From Paraspadella gotoi (Eukaryota; Animalia; Chaetognatha), in NCBI GenBank assembly GCA_051294375.1, contig CM119264.1, positions 7,759,301 through 7,823,300 on the forward strand: a DNA stretch of 64,000 nt, in the 5' to 3' direction. Below are positions 1 through 64,000 of this stretch, piece by piece. Made by a program: the position numbers and the translations under genes. A model generated the notes under the pieces. It did no database searches and was not told the DNA's origin. It saw nothing but the letters and a program-made list of their open reading frames with translations. Position 1 is the stretch's first letter. Every line of letters starts with the position of its first letter.

Positions 1-18
1 CCCCCATATTTCCCACAG

Positions 19-60872
<60,854 letters not shown>

Positions 60873-60876
60873 GTCC

Positions 60877-60911
<35 letters not shown>

Positions 60912-60954
60912 NNNNNNNNNNNNNNNNNNNNNNNNNTTGCCTCTGTGGAAAATT

Positions 60955-61546
60955 AATAAATGCCTGAGCACGCGCGCAGCTGTATAATCATGACGCGCGG
61001 CGTTCGGTTTTCGGCGTCCATGCGCCGGTCTCAAAGCAGGGACGTCGTGCAGTGTGCGAATGGGTGGCGTCAGGATTTAGAGGAAAATCCTTGACCGAGT
61101 GAAGTCTATTGTGTGAAACTGAATCATCGGCGCTTCTTTATCTTTAATTCTTTATCAGTTTATGTCGTATGTTTTTCTCCTTTTAAATGTCCGTGTCATT
61201 TTGATATGAAGAAATTTCTCTCCAGATATGTCCATTTCGCGGGGTTTTTAGTCTCTACATCCGAGTGACCGGGATATTACATCCCTTACGGATGCTCAAG
61301 GTCTTAGAAAAATTTTATCAAACGGAAAACAACGGACATCAAAAGTTCCACGGGGTTTTTGTTAGCTTTTTTTTTCTTTTAATCCCAGATTGCAAAGGTA
61401 AAATCTTTTTTAAATGACTTCTCTTCAAACTGCTCCGATAGCTGCATCGAGATCTCCTAGCAACGGAACAAAACATTCGAACCGAGGAGGAGCAGGAGGA
61501 AGGTTAGTGTGAAATTTCGGAAATATGGGAAAAAAAAAAATAGACA

Positions 61547-61638
<92 letters not shown>

Positions 61639-62850
61639 TACGAAAGCTATCTGTCTCTTAAGTTTGAATACATATTTCTTTATTCTCTCTCTCTCTCTCT
61701 CTCTGTCAATTTGTCAGTCTGTCGTCGTCGAGTTCATTGAGTAGTCACGGGAAGCGACGAAGGCACCTTGTGCAAACTTGTTTGGCCCGATTATAATCTG
61801 TCTGTATTCTGTTTCCATATATCCATTATAAACCAGCTCTTTGTTCGAAAATGAAAGTTTTAAAGTTAGTTCAAATTTTGTGTTATGCTTACTACTATGA
61901 GTAATATAGTAGCACATGTCGACGCATCGCTTGCTTGCGAATTGATAATTTTTTTTCTTGTTTTTTTTTCAAGAGGAAGTTTTAAAAAAACGATAAGAGA
62001 AAAACCTTTGAAAGGAGAGTGAAAAGCTGAAGGGAAGAAGGGAAGGGAAGAAAGGGAAAAGAGGAAGGAATGGGTGAAAACTTTTTTGTTTTATGCTGTT
62101 GGGGTAAAATAAAAGGAGACGTAAAAGAAAGTAGAGGGAATATCGGAGGAAATAAATGGGATAATTAAAAATTAATCGAATCGAATAAAGGATATAAAAG
62201 AGAGAAAATATTGATATAGGGGTATAGGGTACGCCGCTGAGTACGCCAAGAGAACATAAATTGTAAACGGACTTTCGCCCCAAAATATAAAATAATTTAA
62301 AAAATAAAAACGACTTCAACCATTGACAGGTTTTGTTGCGGAAGAAAAGAGTATTTTTGGGAGGGGATATTCGCCTCGTCCAGAAAGAGAAGGCATCCTG
62401 AACGACGCTATACATAACTCACTTAGAAACGACGCGCTTCATTCTTTTTCAATTCATTCATTGAGGGACGAATAAGACCGATCGAGTTACAAATTATCAC
62501 TGCCCCAGATGCCGCAGTGGCCTGTTATATTTGTTAGAAGTTGGTTTAAACTTGTATGGAGTCATTTCAATTTCTTCGTTTCTCTTTAACTCAGGCGCGC
62601 AAACCTTGGACGGAACGCAACGTCGAGACTGTGATCAATAAACATTTGGGCCCGCGGATGAATCCGCTGTCGATTGGGTCGCCCAGGTGGTGGATGAGAT
62701 GATGAATGAATGAATGATGATTATGATGATGTATGATGATGAGATGATGATGTATGATGTGGGATGTGTAATGATGTAATAGTTCAACGACCACAAATTG
62801 ATAATAGAATTTATAGTTTCTCTCCTCTCTCTCTCTGCTCTTCGCTCTGC

Positions 62851-62899
<49 letters not shown>

Positions 62900-64000
62900 T
62901 CTCTCTCCTTTTAGAACCTGTACTGGAACTGACACTGGTCAGGACACGATCGAAGTCGCGCGGGTGACGGGATCCTCGAGGAAAATTACTCATCAACAAA
63001 AGATCTGGACGAACCTCGAGGAATTGCCGTGCATCCGGTCAAAGGGTAAGTTCAAACGTCCAAAGGTTTAGTTCAAACGTCAAGTTGCGGGCAGAGAGAG
63101 GGGTTCAACAAAGGTCAAATAGCTCCGACCGCTAGAGACGATGGGTTTTTGAAGACTTTGGCTTCACTTACGTCAAAACAATTTGTGCAACGTTTCTACA
63201 AAAAGGGCAATGAGGGCGCAATGCTCAGTTTTGCCATTTCTCTCATTCCTCTCCTCTCCGCTCCCCCTTCTCTCTTCGTCGCGTTCGCCATATTGCCGGA
63301 TCATTTTTCCATTCGGCTTCCGCCAGATGCGAACTCGAACGCAGCGAGGCGACGTCGACTTCCGCCTCGTTGACTTTTCTCCCAGATTCCTTTTTTCGGC
63401 TTCTCGATTCCATTGCCCTTGTCGGGCGACCCTTGTCGGGCGACCCCTCCTTTCTCATTGAGTCTCGCTGATGCCTTCCACTCCGACAATGATCTTTTTT
63501 TTACATTTTTTTTTATCATTTTTTTACTTTACTTCTTTTAACTTTTATTTTTAATTTTTCTTTAATAATTATACCCCATTATTTGAGAGCTCCATCTCTC
63601 GGTTCTCTTTTCAAGCTACGTCCGATCCACAAAGTCATTTCGAACAAAAGCCATTTTCAAGAATGCCTTTTTTTTCGCCCAAGTCCAAATGTTCCAAGTC
63701 GTTTTTTGATTTTCTTTCTTTCTCTTCTTACTCTTAGTCGTAGGAAGGGCCAACTCTGTCGTGGTTTTAAAACGGTTTTTCTCTCCCGACAAGTGTCAAC
63801 AAGAACGACGACAATTCGTATAAATTCATATAAATTTATATCATACAAAAATTGTTGATAATTATTTTTTTATTTTTTTTTTTAATTGTTGATGATGATT
63901 ATGGCATTTTAAAAATTTAATGCCGAAAAATATGAAAAACGGAAATTTTGTTGATAGCACTGTATGAAAATAATTACGTTTTAATATTTTAAAATATAAG
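60955..64000 (+). other. Error-rich direct duplicate of ~55870-58925 (INPP5E 5' end plus two LRP4 exons); probable gap-fill artefact
   Basis: Begins right after the 25-N gap at 60912-60936. Co-linear with many 1-bp indels that frameshift the LRP4 exon copies at ~62596-62686 and ~62915-63046. Confidence 0.87.

Noticed and set aside
62596-63046. Tandemly duplicated or alternative LRP4 exons
   Set aside because: Frameshifted copies within the noisy duplicate of 55870-58925.

Overview
Eukaryotic (animal, probably invertebrate) genomic DNA from a draft assembly with N-gaps and many (GA)n/(CT)n microsatellites. The + strand carries 21 internal exons (19-60872) of an LRP4-type LDL-receptor-family gene: most of four YWTD beta-propellers with three intervening EGF modules. 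Both gene ends lie outside the intact sequence. Two giant introns (8392-33931 and 37203-57475) hold five antisense nested genes, two of them visible in the ORF track only as small fragments. Intron A holds a type II membrane protein with C-terminal EGF repeats, a stand-alone ABCC/MRP TMD0-like 5-TM protein, and a 164-aa protein with signal peptide, single PAN/Apple domain and GPI-type tail. Intron B holds the ciliary genes INPP5E and WDR31 in tandem. Three multi-kb indel-riddled duplicates (20047-24355, 46140-49240, 60955-64000) are most likely long-read gap-fill artefacts. A tRNA-Gly-derived SINE-like element and several minisatellites are also present. Family assignments come from my recall of the homologues, not from database searches.
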